Virus record (IMG/VR): IMGVR_UViG_2816332256_000001
Coordinates: 19,827-83,826 of that record
Strand: one strand, 5' to 3'
Length of the DNA stretch: 64,000 nt
Source: a virus
Taxonomy: Duplodnaviria > Caudoviricetes
A program made the position numbers and the translations under genes. The notes below the pieces were generated by a model, which saw nothing but the letters and a program-made list of their open reading frames with translations, was not told the DNA's origin and ran no database searches. This document shows positions 35,871-46,577 of this stretch, piece by piece; position 1 is the stretch's first letter; each line of letters starts with the position of its first letter.

Positions 35871-36460
35871 GCGATGTCGTTGAGTTCAAGTCCGCGTTCG
35901 ACGCGGTGCGTTTCGCACTCTGCTACTCGTCGCAGCAGTACGGCGAGACGATGATGGCGAAGCGCCTGCGCGGCGAGTCGATCGGTACCGGCATGGGGCT
36001 GGTCGGGCTCGATGGCGCGGGGCAGGCCGGGGAGATTCGCCGGCACCTCTGGGAGCTGCCCGAATTGCACCTGTCCGTGATTGTCGCGCGCGCGGCGCCG
36101 CACGACCTGCCGTGCTCCTGCGGTGCAGCGTGCTGCAGCGGCCGGACGCCGAATCTCGAGTGGCAGGCGGCGATCGGCTGGCTGATTCGGGCGTCCGCCG
36201 CGTACTGCTCGGGCTTCTCGCACTACCGTGTGCGTCGAGCGATCATCGAGCGTCTGTTCGGGGTGAAGTGCGACCTGGTCGACATCGCGCATGACTGCGA
36301 CGCGCACGTGAACACCGTCAGCAAGCAGAACGCTGCGGTGCGCCGGTGGATCGAAGGCGACAAGAAGGCCGGAGAGACGGGCGTCGAGGGGCTCGCATGG
36401 TCGGTGATCGAACGACGGTTCAGCGAGCTCGGTTTGCTGCAGGAACGATCGACCGCTTGA
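35867..36460 (+). CDS. Late antiterminator Q-like protein
   Basis: Last early gene, CxC..CC motif and C-terminal HTH, directly followed by a promoter-terminator pair. Confidence 0.6.
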   Translation: MSDVVEFKSAFDAVRFALCYSSQQYGETMMAKRLRGESIGTGMGLVGLDGAGQAGEIRRHLWELPELHLSVIVARAAPHDLPCSCGAACCSGRTPNLEWQAAIGWLIRASAAYCSGFSHYRVRRAIIERLFGVKCDLVDIAHDCDAHVNTVSKQNAAVRRWIEGDKKAGETGVEGLAWSVIERRFSELGLLQERSTA

Positions 36461-36485
36461 CAATGTGTGTTTGGCACACAATAAT
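36457..36485 (+). promoter_or_regulatory. Late promoter pR'
   Basis: TTGACA-17-AATAAT overlapping the Q stop codon. Confidence 0.7.
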
Positions 36486-36523
36486 CCGCAATATTCGATA
36501 CACGTCATACGTGCGTCCAAAGC

Positions 36524-36551
36524 AAAAAAGCCCGCGAAAGCGGGCTTTTTT
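36524..36551. terminator. Bidirectional intrinsic terminator (tR')
   Basis: AAAAAGCCCGC-GAAA-GCGGGCTTTTT. Confidence 0.85.
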
Positions 36552-36567
36552 GTTGGCGGCTGCGGGA

Positions 36568-37011
36568 TTATTTGGGGCGCGACGTCGTGTTCTGGAAGGA
36601 ATAGATGGCGCGGTTCTGTGCGTCTTTACGTTCGAACGAGATGAAACCCTTCGGAAAACCGTCGGGACCCGTCATCACCGGCGTACGCGCTTCAGCCAGC
36701 TTGCGGAACGCTTTGCCGAGTGCGATGCGCTGGCCAGCCGTCAGTGCTTTCCACTCGGGCGTGCCAAAGCCGATGCGATGCAGTTCTTCGACGGTGAACT
36801 CGTCGTTGACCTTGAAGTTGCGAGCACACTGATAGACCGATTGGGCGACTTCTTCCGGGTTGTATTGGACGATTGCGGGTTCTTCCTCCTGGTCCGCACT
36901 CGCAGTGATGCGCGTGAGCAGGAGTTCCTCGAGTTCGATCTCTGCGGCGGCGGCAGCTTGCAGGGCTTCGAGCAAAACGGGGTCCGGAATGTTGAGCGTG
37001 ATGGTAGTCAT
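36568..37011 (-). CDS. Moron: RHH-like N-terminus plus DUF1413-like domain
   Basis: TTITLNIPDPVL beta-strand/helix start; F.VEEL...EW..L....RI.LGK.F pattern; AT-richer, antisense to the late operon. Confidence 0.6.
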   Translation of the reverse strand: MTTITLNIPDPVLLEALQAAAAAEIELEELLLTRITASADQEEEPAIVQYNPEEVAQSVYQCARNFKVNDEFTVEELHRIGFGTPEWKALTAGQRIALGKAFRKLAEARTPVMTGPDGFPKGFISFERKDAQNRAIYSFQNTTSRPK

Positions 37012-37031
37012 GATGAGTTCTCTACGGTTAA

Positions 37032-37099
37032 TAGCTATCGCGTGATTGCGATTAGCTTGGAGTAACTATACATAGCTAACGATAGCTATGCAATAGCTA
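37032..37099. promoter_or_regulatory. Leftward promoter covered by a phased TAGCTA palindrome array
   Basis: TAGCTA-like hexamers at 37032, 37053, 37063, 37073, 37083, 37094; minus-strand TTGCAT-17-TATAGT (37093..37065). Confidence 0.7.
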
Positions 37100-37116
37100 T
37101 TAATTGGGGCCTTACC

Positions 37117-37782
37117 ATGGGGTGCGATCGTGATCGGATTGCTCGCCGTGACGCATTGCGCCATCGACCGTCGCCGCCTGAAGTGCTTTTCGACGACTCG
37201 AACTGGATCAGGTGCATCGTGCCGGCCGACGGCGTTGCCGAGTGGGTGAACGAGACGCTCTTGCGCGCCGGTGCGCCGCTGCACAACCCTGATCACGAGC
37301 ATCTGATCGACGCTGATGTCGCCTACCTCTGGGCGGCCGTCGAGAACGTTCGCCAGATGCGGCGGGTGGTCGGCCAGTGCGAAGAGGTGACGATCCGCGC
37401 AGGCGGCTGGCAGCGCGCCCGGCAGGAACAGCAGTACCTCGAATGGTTCGGCCGCGTGCCGGCGTTCCTGATCACGCTCGACGCGCACTATGCTCGCGAG
37501 TGCAACGACCTACAGTGGTGTGCGCTCGTCGAGCACGAGCTGTATCACATCGGCCAGCGCACCGACGAGTTCGGCGCGCCGGCCTTCGCGAAGGACGGCA
37601 TGCCGAAGCTCGGTATCCGCGGGCACGACGTCGAGGAATTCGTTGGCATCGTCCGGCGCTACGGCGTGGCCGGCGGCGCGGGCGATACCGCGAAGCTCGT
37701 CGCTGCTGCCCAGCGCGCGCCTGATGTCGGCCACGTCGACATCGCGCGCGCCTGCGGCACCTGCATCCTGCGGGCCGCATAA
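37117..37782 (+). CDS. Putative phage metallopeptidase-domain protein
   Basis: LVEHELYHI, HDVEEFVGIVRRYG; position before terS. Confidence 0.8.
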   Translation: MGCDRDRIARRDALRHRPSPPEVLFDDSNWIRCIVPADGVAEWVNETLLRAGAPLHNPDHEHLIDADVAYLWAAVENVRQMRRVVGQCEEVTIRAGGWQRARQEQQYLEWFGRVPAFLITLDAHYARECNDLQWCALVEHELYHIGQRTDEFGAPAFAKDGMPKLGIRGHDVEEFVGIVRRYGVAGGAGDTAKLVAAAQRAPDVGHVDIARACGTCILRAA

Positions 37783-37800
37783 CCCGACCGTTTTCCCGCT

Positions 37801-38280
37801 ATGGCAGCACTTCCCGACACGATCAAGGTGTTCATCGTGCAGTCGCTGGCTTGCTTCGACACGATCGCGCGCACCGTGAAGGACGTGCGCGAGGTGTTCG
37901 GCGTCGAAGTGTCGTCGCAGCAGTGCGAGCGCTACGACCCGACGAAGCGGGCCGGCGCGACGCTCAGCAAGAAGTACCGCGAGATCTTCGAGCGCACGCG
38001 CGAGGAGTTCCTCAACGACACATCGCGTATCGGCGTGTCGCACCGCGCGGTACGCCTGCGCGCGCTCGACCGTGCCGTCGCGGAAGCGGAGCGACGCAAC
38101 AACCTGCCGCTGATGGCGCAGCTGCTCGAACAGGCTGCGAAGGAATCCGGCGACGCCTACACGAACCGGCGCCGCCTCGAACACACTGGGGAGAACGGCG
38201 GCCCGATCGAGAACAGGACGGTCGTCGTCGATGAAAGCCAGGTCGCAGCCGCCGTCGCCAAACTCGAAGACGAGTATTGA
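37801..38280 (+). CDS. terS: Terminase small subunit (DUF2280)
   Basis: [13 protein letters not shown]...YDPTK...A.RLR.L...LEQAAKE.G. Confidence 0.88.
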   Translation: MAALPDTIKVFIVQSLACFDTIARTVKDVREVFGVEVSSQQCERYDPTKRAGATLSKKYREIFERTREEFLNDTSRIGVSHRAVRLRALDRAVAEAERRNNLPLMAQLLEQAAKESGDAYTNRRRLEHTGENGGPIENRTVVVDESQVAAAVAKLEDEY

Positions 38281-39784
38281 CCCCGCCATCGAGCGGGCCG
38301 TCCTGAAGGCGAAGTGCGAGCGGGATCACCTGTTCTTCAGCCGGTACTTCTTCAAGCACCGACAGGCGATCAAGTTCCGCGTCAACTGGCACCACGTGTT
38401 GATCGCCGACACGGTGCAGCGCGTGATCGACGGCACGCTGAAGAACGTCGTCATCAATGTGCCGCCGGGCTCGTCGAAGACTGAGCTGGTCGCGATCAAC
38501 CTGATCGCGCGCGGCCTCGCGCTGAACCCGCGCGCGCGATTCCTGCACATCAGCTACTCGGACGACCTCGCGCTGCTGAACAGCGAGACGGCGCGCGATA
38601 TCGTCGCATCCGACGAGTACCAGGCGCTCTGGCCGCTGAAGGTGGCTGACGACGCGAAGTCGAAGAAGCGCTGGAACGTGCTCGTCGACGGGAAGAAGGC
38701 CGGCGGCGTGTACGCGGTTTCGCTCGGCGGCCAGATCACTGGCTTCCGGGCCGGGCACATGGCCGAGGGTTGGCAGGGCGCGATCATCATCGACGACCCG
38801 CTGAAGGTCGAGGACGCGTACAGCAAGACGAACCGGGACAAAGCCAACCGCAAGCTGCAATCGACCGTGAAGAGCCGAAAGGCGAGTCCGGACACGCCGA
38901 TCATCGTGATCATGCAGCGGCTCGCGGAGGAAGATCCGACGGGCTTCATCAAGGCGCGCAAGCTGCCGGGCGACTGGGAGTTCATCGAGATCCCGGCGCT
39001 GATCACGGACGAGTACGTCGCGAAACTGCCGGCGCACATCCGCGAACGCGTCGAGCGCGACGAGCGTGACGAGGACGGCCGGTACAGCTACTGGCCGTAC
39101 AAGGAACCGCTGCAGGAACTGCTCGCGTCCGAGAAGGCCGACGCGTACGTCTTCAACGGCCAGTACATGCAGCGGCCGTCGCCGCTGGGCGGCGGGATCA
39201 TCCAGAGCGGCAAGTTCCTGCGCTACGGTGCGCTGCCGCAGCTACAGTACCGCAAGATTTTCGCGGACACGGCGCAGAAGACCGCCGAGCGGAACGACTA
39301 CAGCGTGTTCGAGTGCTGGGGTCTCGGGTACGACAACCGTGTGTACCTGATCGACCTGGTGCGCGGGAAGTGGAAGGCGCCCGAGCTGAAGCGCCGCGCG
39401 ATCGACTTCTGGAACAAGCACGCGGCCATCGGCGCCGACGACCCGGGCGCGCCGGTGCTGCGCCAGATGAAGGTCGAGGACAAGTCCAGCGGGACCGGGC
39501 TGATTCAGGACATTCAGGCCGAGGGCGGCATCCCGATCGAAGGCATCGAGCGCGTGAAGGACAAGCTGACGCGCGTCATGGACGTCGTCAGCCACATCGA
39601 CGCCGGCAACGTCGGTGTTCCGATGGATGCCCCGTGGGTTAGCGACTTCTTGACCGAGTGCGACTCGTTCACGGCTGACGATACGCACATGCACGACGAC
39701 CAGATCGATCCGATGGTCGACGCAATCAACGACATGCTGGGAGGCGCGAAGGACCTGTCGGTCTGGGAGCGGCTTGCCGGTTGA
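38231..39784 (+). CDS. terL: Terminase large subunit
   Basis: [10 protein letters not shown] (Walker A), IIIDDP, nuclease DTA.K...NDYS, HDDQ.D. Confidence 0.93.
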   Translation: MKARSQPPSPNSKTSIDPAIERAVLKAKCERDHLFFSRYFFKHRQAIKFRVNWHHVLIADTVQRVIDGTLKNVVINVPPGSSKTELVAINLIARGLALNPRARFLHISYSDDLALLNSETARDIVASDEYQALWPLKVADDAKSKKRWNVLVDGKKAGGVYAVSLGGQITGFRAGHMAEGWQGAIIIDDPLKVEDAYSKTNRDKANRKLQSTVKSRKASPDTPIIVIMQRLAEEDPTGFIKARKLPGDWEFIEIPALITDEYVAKLPAHIRERVERDERDEDGRYSYWPYKEPLQELLASEKADAYVFNGQYMQRPSPLGGGIIQSGKFLRYGALPQLQYRKIFADTAQKTAERNDYSVFECWGLGYDNRVYLIDLVRGKWKAPELKRRAIDFWNKHAAIGADDPGAPVLRQMKVEDKSSGTGLIQDIQAEGGIPIEGIERVKDKLTRVMDVVSHIDAGNVGVPMDAPWVSDFLTECDSFTADDTHMHDDQIDPMVDAINDMLGGAKDLSVWERLAG

Positions 39785-41271
39785 GCACGACAGGATTTCC
39801 CGGAATGTCGAAACGGAAGCAACAGACCCGGCCGCCGCGCGCGCCGGCGGCTACGCACGCCCATCGCACGGCCGACTCGTTCGCCAACTTCGAGGCGCGG
39901 CTCGGCTGGGGCGCCGACAACCAGGCGTCGGCGGCGCAGTACACGCTGTCGTACCAGAGCCGCAACCGCGTCTGGCTGGAAGCGGCGTATCGCGGATCGT
40001 GGATCGTGCGCGCCGCGGTGGACGCGATTCCGGAGGACATGACCCGCAAGGGCATCGAGATGTCCGGGCTCGATCCGACCGACGTGTCGAAGATGGAGAC
40101 GGCGCTCACGCGCAAGGCGATCTGGGACCAGCTCTGCGACACCGGCAAGTGGGCGCAGCTGTACGGCGGTGCGATCGCGGTGATGCTGATCGACGGCCAG
40201 GACATGTCGCAGCCACTTCGGCGCGAGACCATCGGGAAAGGCCAGTTCAAGGGCCTGCTCGTGCTCGACCGCTGGATGGTTGCGCCGCCGGTCGGCGAAG
40301 TGGTGACCGAGTTCGGCCCCGATCTCGGCATGCCGAAGTACTACGACGTGCTGCCGACGACGATCGGCTTGCCGCAAGGACGCATTCACCACTCGCGCGT
40401 GCTGCGCATGGACGGCGAAGCACTGCCGTACTACCAGCGCATCAGCGAGAACGGATGGGGCCTGTCGATCCTCGAGCCGATGTGGGACCGACTCATCGCG
40501 TTCGACAGCGCGACGGTCGGCGCCGGCCAGCTCGTCTACAAAGCGCATCTGCGCACGCTGAGCGTCGAGAAGCTGCGCGAGATCATCGCGATGGGCGGCC
40601 CGGCGCTCAACGGGCTGCTGAAGCAGGTCGAAATGATCCGGCTCGGGCAGTCGAACGAGGGCATCACCCTCATCGACTCGACCGACAAGTTCGAGACGCA
40701 CCAGTACGCATTCAGCGGGCTGTCCGATGTCTTGCTCCAGTTCGCGATGCAGCTCAGCGGCGCGACGGGCATTCCGCTCGATCGCCTTTTCGGCCAGCAG
40801 CCGGCCGGGTTGAGCGATACCGGCGAAGGGTCGCGCCTGCTGTATCACGAGAAGGTGCACACGCGGCAGGAGCGCCGGATGCGCAACCCGCTGCACGGCC
40901 TGCTCGACGTGATGTGCCGGTCGGAAATCGGGCAGCCGTTGCCCGAGGACTTCTCGTACGAGTTCAACCCGCTGCAGGAGATGTCGGCCGCCGAGAAGGC
41001 AGAGATCGGCAACAAGACGGTCGACTCTGTGACGAAGGCCGTCGACGCCGATCTGATTCCGCGCAGCCAGGGCATGCGCGAGCTGAAGGCGTCGTCGCCC
41101 GACACCGGCATGTTCGGCGACATCCCGGACGAAGCGATCGAGCAGGCCGAGCGCGACGAACAGGGCGAGGATCCGCCAGGAATTGATTCAGCGCTTCCGC
41201 TCGGCCCGGCGCCAAGCGCGGCCGCGCGCACGAACGATTCTCTGCTTCGCAGGCTTTTCCGACGTCGATGA
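39781..41271 (+). CDS. Portal protein (DUF1073); start may be 39805
   Basis: L...YR.SW.....VD.I.EDM.RKG, ATGIP..RLFG..P.G. Confidence 0.88.
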   Translation: MSTTGFPGMSKRKQQTRPPRAPAATHAHRTADSFANFEARLGWGADNQASAAQYTLSYQSRNRVWLEAAYRGSWIVRAAVDAIPEDMTRKGIEMSGLDPTDVSKMETALTRKAIWDQLCDTGKWAQLYGGAIAVMLIDGQDMSQPLRRETIGKGQFKGLLVLDRWMVAPPVGEVVTEFGPDLGMPKYYDVLPTTIGLPQGRIHHSRVLRMDGEALPYYQRISENGWGLSILEPMWDRLIAFDSATVGAGQLVYKAHLRTLSVEKLREIIAMGGPALNGLLKQVEMIRLGQSNEGITLIDSTDKFETHQYAFSGLSDVLLQFAMQLSGATGIPLDRLFGQQPAGLSDTGEGSRLLYHEKVHTRQERRMRNPLHGLLDVMCRSEIGQPLPEDFSYEFNPLQEMSAAEKAEIGNKTVDSVTKAVDADLIPRSQGMRELKASSPDTGMFGDIPDEAIEQAERDEQGEDPPGIDSALPLGPAPSAAARTNDSLLRRLFRRR

Positions 41272-42023
41272 TCCTCACCCTCGATCGAAAGCGCGACCGG
41301 CGCAAGAACCCGGTTCGGCTGAGTGGTCCCGAGCGGCAGTACGGCGGCCAGTTGCGAAAGATCGCCCATCAGGTCGGCGTGCTCGTGAACGGCTTTCCGG
41401 CCGATGACGCGTCGTATGCGCCGACGATCGAGGAACTGCTGCGGCGGTATGCCGAGGCGCTCGCGCCGTGGGCCGAGGCGACCGCGGCGCGCATGATCGC
41501 CGACCTGAACCGGCGCGACGAGCAGATGTGGATGAAGCAAGCCGCAGACATGTCGCGCGCGCTGCGCGACGAGATCCGCGGTGCGGCCACCGGCGAGACG
41601 ATGCGCGCGCTCCTGTCCGAGCAGGTGCGGCTGATCAAGTCCATCCCGCTCGACGCGGCCGAACGCGTGCACCGGCTGACGCTGGAAGGAATCGTCGACG
41701 GCGCGCGCGCTGCGCAGATCTCGAAGGCGATTCAGGAGTCGGGGCAGGTCGCGAAGAGCCGGGCCGACACGATCGCGAGAACTGAGGTCAGTCGTACGGC
41801 CGCGACGCTCACCGAGGCGCGCGCGCTCGATGTCGGAAGTCCCGGCTACTTCTGGCGGACGTCGGGTGACTCGGACGTCCGCGAGGACCATCGGGAGTTG
41901 GAAGGCAAGTTCTTCACGTGGGACAAACCGCCGATCGCGGATAAGCGGTCGGGCGCGCGGGCCCATCCGGGCTGCATCTACAACTGCCGGTGCTGGGCAG
42001 AAGTCGTCCTTCCGAAGGGCTGA
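41268..42023 (+). CDS. Head morphogenesis protein (SPP1 gp7 / Mu gpF)
   Basis: A.TIARTE, W.TSGD..VR.DH, HPG..YNCRC. Confidence 0.9.
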   Translation: MILTLDRKRDRRKNPVRLSGPERQYGGQLRKIAHQVGVLVNGFPADDASYAPTIEELLRRYAEALAPWAEATAARMIADLNRRDEQMWMKQAADMSRALRDEIRGAATGETMRALLSEQVRLIKSIPLDAAERVHRLTLEGIVDGARAAQISKAIQESGQVAKSRADTIARTEVSRTAATLTEARALDVGSPGYFWRTSGDSDVREDHRELEGKFFTWDKPPIADKRSGARAHPGCIYNCRCWAEVVLPKG

Positions 42024-42024
42024 T

Positions 42025-42318
42025 ATGGCGAAGATGAAACGGGACAGTAGTGGATCGCTGCTGTTCGAGTGTCCGTGTGGTGAGCTGCATGTCGTCTATC
42101 CGCATGGCTGCGATTCTCCGAACCCGGCGCGATGGAGTTGGAACGGCAGCGTCGATGCTCCGACGTTGTCGCCATCGATCCTCGTGTCGTGGCCCGGCCC
42201 CGACGATCGGCAGAACGTCTGCCATTCATTTATCACGGATGGCCGGATCCAGTTCTGCGGCGACTGCACACACGAACTGGCCGGGCAGACGGTCGAGATT
42301 CCGGACTGGACGGACTGA
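42025..42318 (+). CDS. Cys/His-rich protein (DUF6527-like)
   Basis: FECPC...H...W.WNG....PTLSPSIL...CHSFITDG.IQFC.DC.H. Confidence 0.7.
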   Translation: MAKMKRDSSGSLLFECPCGELHVVYPHGCDSPNPARWSWNGSVDAPTLSPSILVSWPGPDDRQNVCHSFITDGRIQFCGDCTHELAGQTVEIPDWTD

Positions 42319-42320
42319 GC

Positions 42321-42488
42321 ATGACGACACATCGAACGACGTTGCGCGTGCGAGTGCGCACCGCGTGGTGGTTGCCGCTGTACCTCCGATCCCTGGCCGT
42401 CTGGTGCCGGGTCACGCGCACCGAGCCCGATTACGAGCGAGTCCGCGGCGTCATCGCGCGCGGTGTCCGAACCAGCATCGAAGACTGA
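42321..42488 (+). CDS. Small phage protein
   Basis: V.V.TAWWLP.YL motif; operon context. Confidence 0.55.
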   Translation: MTTHRTTLRVRVRTAWWLPLYLRSLAVWCRVTRTEPDYERVRGVIARGVRTSIED

Positions 42489-42489
42489 T

Positions 42490-43947
42490 ATGCGGATTTT
42501 CACCACTGACCATGCGTGCAACTGCGGTTCGCACACCGCGCGCGCTCGCGCGCATACCCGCGACGGCATCACTGCATCGGGCGTGTACGCGGCCGAACAA
42601 CTCGGCGAGCGGCAGTCGATCACGCCTGAAGGCTTCCTGCTCTGCGAGGCCGTGCCGATCGCGCGCGTCGGCGCGCAGGACTACGCCTATTTCGAGCTGC
42701 CGGAGATCGAGGCGAAGGACGGCGTCATCGTCGCCGAGCGCACGGCCGACGTGCTGTTCAGCCCCGAGACGCTTGCCAGCTTCGAGGGCAAGCCGATCAC
42801 GATCGACCATCCGCCGGATTTCGTGACGCCGGCGAACTACATGTCGGTGGCGCGCGGCACGGTTCGCAACGTACGGCGAGGCGAAGGCGACCAGTCTGAG
42901 CTGATGCTCGCTGACCTACTGATCACCGACGCCGAGGCGATCCGGCGCGTCCAGAGCAAGGGCGCCGACGCGCTCACGCAGGTCAGCAACGGATACGACG
43001 CCGACTACGAACAGATTGCGCCTGGGCGGGCGCGACAGGTGGTGATCGTGGGGAACCACGTCGCCCTCGTGAAAAGCGCCCGCTGTGGCCCCGTGTGTTC
43101 GATCGGGGATAGCAGTTCCAACCTACTCCCGACAGGAGATGCAAGCATGGCAACCAAGAAAGGCTCCAAGTTCGTCGACGCGTTGCGCAAGGCGTTCATG
43201 ACGCGCGATTCCGAGGCGTTCGAGAAGGTCGCGAACGAGATGACCGGCGACGAAGGCGGCGAGGGTGGCGACGGCCAGCCCCAGATTCACATCCACATGC
43301 CCGGTACCGGCACCGATCCGAAGGCGGGTGCCTCCGCGACGGGTGACGACGGCGCCGGCGGTGGTGAAGGCGATCCGCTCAAGCAGGTCCTCGACGCGAT
43401 CCAAGCCACCATCGGCAAGATCGACGCGCTCGCCGATCGCGTGACGAAGCTCGAAGGCGGCGGCACGCCGACCGGTGACGGTGACGGCGAGGACGACGAT
43501 CAGGACGGCACCGGCACGATGGACGGCGACGGTGCCGGCGAAGGCGACGATAAGGGCGTCGCTCGGACCGGCGACAGCACCGCGCTGCGTGACCAGTTCC
43601 AAGACGCGCTCTCGCGCGCCGAGATCCTCGCGCCGGGTGTGCGGCTGCCGACGTTCGATGCGAAAGCGGTCCGCAAGAAGACGGTCGACGCCATCTGCGT
43701 GCTGCGCCGCCGCGCGCTGCGCGCCGCGCTGGAGAACGAGAACGCCGAACTCGTCAAGTCGGTGGTCGGCGGCGCGAACGTGGCCAGCATGACATGCGAT
43801 TCCGTCGCGGCGTTCTTCAACGCGGCGTCGGAGGTCGTGCGCAGCAAGAACTCCAGCGTCACGCAGCGCCGGACGAACGATTCCGCTCAGACCGAGCGGA
43901 AAGACATCAATGCAATCCACGCGGAATTCTGGAAGGTCCGCAAGTAA
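42490..43947 (+). CDS. Prohead protease/scaffold (DUF2213)
   Basis: TPEGFLLC..VPIAR.G, SFEGKP.T.DHP, S.GYD, NHVA.V...RCG. Confidence 0.88.
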   Translation: MRIFTTDHACNCGSHTARARAHTRDGITASGVYAAEQLGERQSITPEGFLLCEAVPIARVGAQDYAYFELPEIEAKDGVIVAERTADVLFSPETLASFEGKPITIDHPPDFVTPANYMSVARGTVRNVRRGEGDQSELMLADLLITDAEAIRRVQSKGADALTQVSNGYDADYEQIAPGRARQVVIVGNHVALVKSARCGPVCSIGDSSSNLLPTGDASMATKKGSKFVDALRKAFMTRDSEAFEKVANEMTGDEGGEGGDGQPQIHIHMPGTGTDPKAGASATGDDGAGGGEGDPLKQVLDAIQATIGKIDALADRVTKLEGGGTPTGDGDGEDDDQDGTGTMDGDGAGEGDDKGVARTGDSTALRDQFQDALSRAEILAPGVRLPTFDAKAVRKKTVDAICVLRRRALRAALENENAELVKSVVGGANVASMTCDSVAAFFNAASEVVRSKNSSVTQRRTNDSAQTERKDINAIHAEFWKVRK

Positions 43948-43956
43948 GGAGCCGAC

Positions 43957-44463
43957 ATGTCCTCGTATCAAGCCTATCAGTACCGCATGCCGGCGGGCTT
44001 CGCCGGAGACCTTCAGCGCGCCGAAGTCGCCACGATCGAGACGCAGCTGATCGACCCGGCGGCACCGCCGACGGCGTTCGGCGTTCCCGTGAAGATGGTG
44101 AACGGCAAGATCCAGCCGATCAACAACGCGGCCGACACGGCGGCGCTCGTCTACGGCGTGAACCTGCGCGCGTATCCGATCCAGGGCAACGGCACGGATC
44201 CGCTCGGGACGTCGACGCCGCCGACGAGCGGCGTGACCGACATCCTGAAGCGCGGCTACTTCAACGCCGCGCTCGGCGGCACCGCGCCGGCCACGAAGAA
44301 CGGTACGGTGTACGTGCGCGTCGCGGCGGCCGCCGCCGGCAAGCCGCTCGGTGGTTTCGAAGCGGCAGCCGACGGGACGAACACCGTTGCGATGCCGGCC
44401 AACTGGTACTTCACCGGCCCGGCCGACGCATACGGCATCGTCGAAATCGCCGTCAACATCTGA
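43957..44463 (+). CDS. Capsid decoration/cement protein
   Basis: Y.YRMPAG.AG...; between scaffold and MCP. Confidence 0.75.
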   Translation: MSSYQAYQYRMPAGFAGDLQRAEVATIETQLIDPAAPPTAFGVPVKMVNGKIQPINNAADTAALVYGVNLRAYPIQGNGTDPLGTSTPPTSGVTDILKRGYFNAALGGTAPATKNGTVYVRVAAAAAGKPLGGFEAAADGTNTVAMPANWYFTGPADAYGIVEIAVNI

Positions 44464-44491
44464 TCCGGCGCTGAACAGCGCTTCACCCGAG

Positions 44492-44513
44492 GCCCCGCAA
44501 TCGCGGGGCTTTT
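44492..44513 (+). terminator. Intrinsic terminator-like hairpin
   Basis: GCCCCGC-AATC-GCGGGGC-TTTT. Confidence 0.6.
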
Positions 44514-44532
44514 GCATTTCTGGAGCCATTAC

Positions 44533-45624
44533 ATGGACATGTCCGAACTGAAGCACCTGCGCCGGGCCGGGGCCTCGATCCCGATGTCGGCGGCCGTCGC
44601 GGACGCGACGCGCCGGCTGATCCGCGCGCGTACGCAGGACCAGCAGTACACGTACGATCGCCAGACGATCGACTCGACCGGCGCGTTCCTCGTCGGCCAG
44701 CTCGAACGCCTCGACCAGACGCTCAACGAGCCGCTCGTCGAGTACACCTGGTCGCGCGACATCTACATCCGCAGCGACGTGTCGGCGGCCGACGAAGTCG
44801 CGTCGTTCACGAACTCGGCGTTCGGGATGAGCGGCGGTATCAACCCGAACGGTCTGAACTGGATCTCGAACGAGGGCAACGCGATCGCTGGTCCGTCGGT
44901 CGACATCGGCAAGACGCCGCAGCCGATGCGCCTGTGGGGTGCCGAGGTCAAGTACACGGTGCCCGAACTCGTGAAGTCCCAGGCGCTCGGCATGCCGATC
45001 GACTCGCAGAAAGTCGAAGCCATGAACATGAAGCGCAACATGGACCTCGACCAGATCGTCTACTATGGCGATCCGCAGCTGAACTTCACCGGCCTGGTGA
45101 ACTCGATCGGCGCCGTCGGCAGCGTTTCGAACGTTGCGAACGGAGCGGCTGGCACGCCGCAGTGGAACACGAAGACGCCGGACGAAATCCTGAAGGACGT
45201 CAACGAAATTCTGACGTCAGCGTGGCAGGCCACCGGCTGGAAGGTGAAGCCCAATCGGCTGATGCTTCCGCCGGCCACGCTCGGCGGTATCGCATCGCGC
45301 ATCATCAGCTACGCCGGCAGCAAGTCGATCCTGACGTATCTGCTCGAGAACAATATCTGCACGCAGCAGGGCACGCCGCTGGAGATTCTCGAGCTGAAGT
45401 GGCTGATCGGCGCCGGCGCGGGCGGCACGCAGGGCCAGCTCAACACAGTGGACCGGATGGTCGCCTATAACAGCGACAAGAAGTATGTCCAGTTCCCGAT
45501 GACGGACTTGCAGCGCACGCCGCTCGAGTACCGCTCGCTCTATCAGATCACGACCTACTGGTCGCGGATCGGTCAGGTCGAGTGGCGCTACGGCACGACG
45601 GCTGCTTACCGGGACGGGATCTGA
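44533..45624 (+). CDS. Major capsid protein (DUF2184)
   Basis: FL..QLERLD..LNEPL...TW.RDI; RBS GGAG. Confidence 0.88.
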   Translation: MDMSELKHLRRAGASIPMSAAVADATRRLIRARTQDQQYTYDRQTIDSTGAFLVGQLERLDQTLNEPLVEYTWSRDIYIRSDVSAADEVASFTNSAFGMSGGINPNGLNWISNEGNAIAGPSVDIGKTPQPMRLWGAEVKYTVPELVKSQALGMPIDSQKVEAMNMKRNMDLDQIVYYGDPQLNFTGLVNSIGAVGSVSNVANGAAGTPQWNTKTPDEILKDVNEILTSAWQATGWKVKPNRLMLPPATLGGIASRIISYAGSKSILTYLLENNICTQQGTPLEILELKWLIGAGAGGTQGQLNTVDRMVAYNSDKKYVQFPMTDLQRTPLEYRSLYQITTYWSRIGQVEWRYGTTAAYRDGI

Positions 45625-45625
45625 C

Positions 45626-46102
45626 ATGGAGACGATGGCGAAAATCAACGTTCTGACGGCGTTCACGATCCGGCTGGTCCATGAGGGCGAGGAAGTCGTC
45701 CGGCGCGTGGAAGCCGGCGTGCAGGAGGTCGAGGACTTCATCGCCGAGCACTGGTACGCGAAGGCGCACACCGGCCCGCTGCCGGAGAAATCCGGCGATA
45801 CGGGTGGATTGCAGGGCGACGCGACCGATCAGGCGGCGGTAGCTGCAGCGGCGAAGGCCAGTCTCCAAGCCGAGTCCGATCGTCTCGACAAGCTGCGTGC
45901 TGAGCTCGATGCGTTCGGCAAGGGCCTCGACGACCGCGCTGCGGCGCTCGACACGCGCGAAGCTGCGGTTGCGGCGAGCGAGCAGGATCTCGCCGCGCGG
46001 GTCGCGGCTTTCGAGGCAGCCCAGAAGGACGCCGCGGCGGCCGCGAAGGATGCCGCAACCGACGGCGCGACGCAGAAGTCCGGCGGCGGGAAGAAGGCAT
46101 AA
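45626..46102 (+). CDS. Virion-associated hypothetical protein
   Basis: Follows MCP; A.HWY..AH motif, coiled coil. Confidence 0.65.
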   Translation: METMAKINVLTAFTIRLVHEGEEVVRRVEAGVQEVEDFIAEHWYAKAHTGPLPEKSGDTGGLQGDATDQAAVAAAAKASLQAESDRLDKLRAELDAFGKGLDDRAAALDTREAAVAASEQDLAARVAAFEAAQKDAAAAAKDAATDGATQKSGGGKKA

Positions 46103-46165
46103 TGGCCTCCCGGCGACGCGCCGCGCAGGCGCGCGCCGGCCATCTGCATTTAGGCAAGGTGACAC

Positions 46166-46549
46166 GTGGATATCGCCCAGTTCCGACAGTCCTTCCCCGA
46201 ATTCAGCGACACGACGACATACCCCGACTCGCTCGTCCAGTTCTGGATGACCGTGGCGGTATCGCTCGTCAACGCAGACCGGTGGGCCGAGCTGAGAGAT
46301 CTGGGAGTCGCGCTCGTCACCGCGCACCACCTAGCGCTCGCCGTGAAGGACCAGAAGATGGCCGCCGTCGGCGGCGTGCCGGGCCAGGTGAGCGGGCCGC
46401 AGTCGTCGAAGTCCGTCGACAAGGTGAGCGCGAGCTACGACACCGCGGCCGTCGCGATCAAGGACGGCGGTTTCTGGAACGCCACGATGTACGGCGTCCG
46501 CTATCTCAGCCTGGCGCAGATGATGGGCTCGGGCGGCATTCAGCTGTAA
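46166..46549 (+). CDS. Head-tail adaptor (DUF4054)
   Basis: FR..FPEF.D...YPD, AH.L.L, WN.T.YG..Y. Confidence 0.85.
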   Translation: MDIAQFRQSFPEFSDTTTYPDSLVQFWMTVAVSLVNADRWAELRDLGVALVTAHHLALAVKDQKMAAVGGVPGQVSGPQSSKSVDKVSASYDTAAVAIKDGGFWNATMYGVRYLSLAQMMGSGGIQL

Positions 46550-46577
46550 CGCTGCCGCCGCCCATCGGGAGAATCCC

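Noticed and set aside
39781-41271. Anti-CBASS Acb1 (label sometimes attached to DUF1073 proteins)
   Set aside because: No 2H-phosphoesterase HxT/S motif pair evident; position and motifs fit a plain portal.
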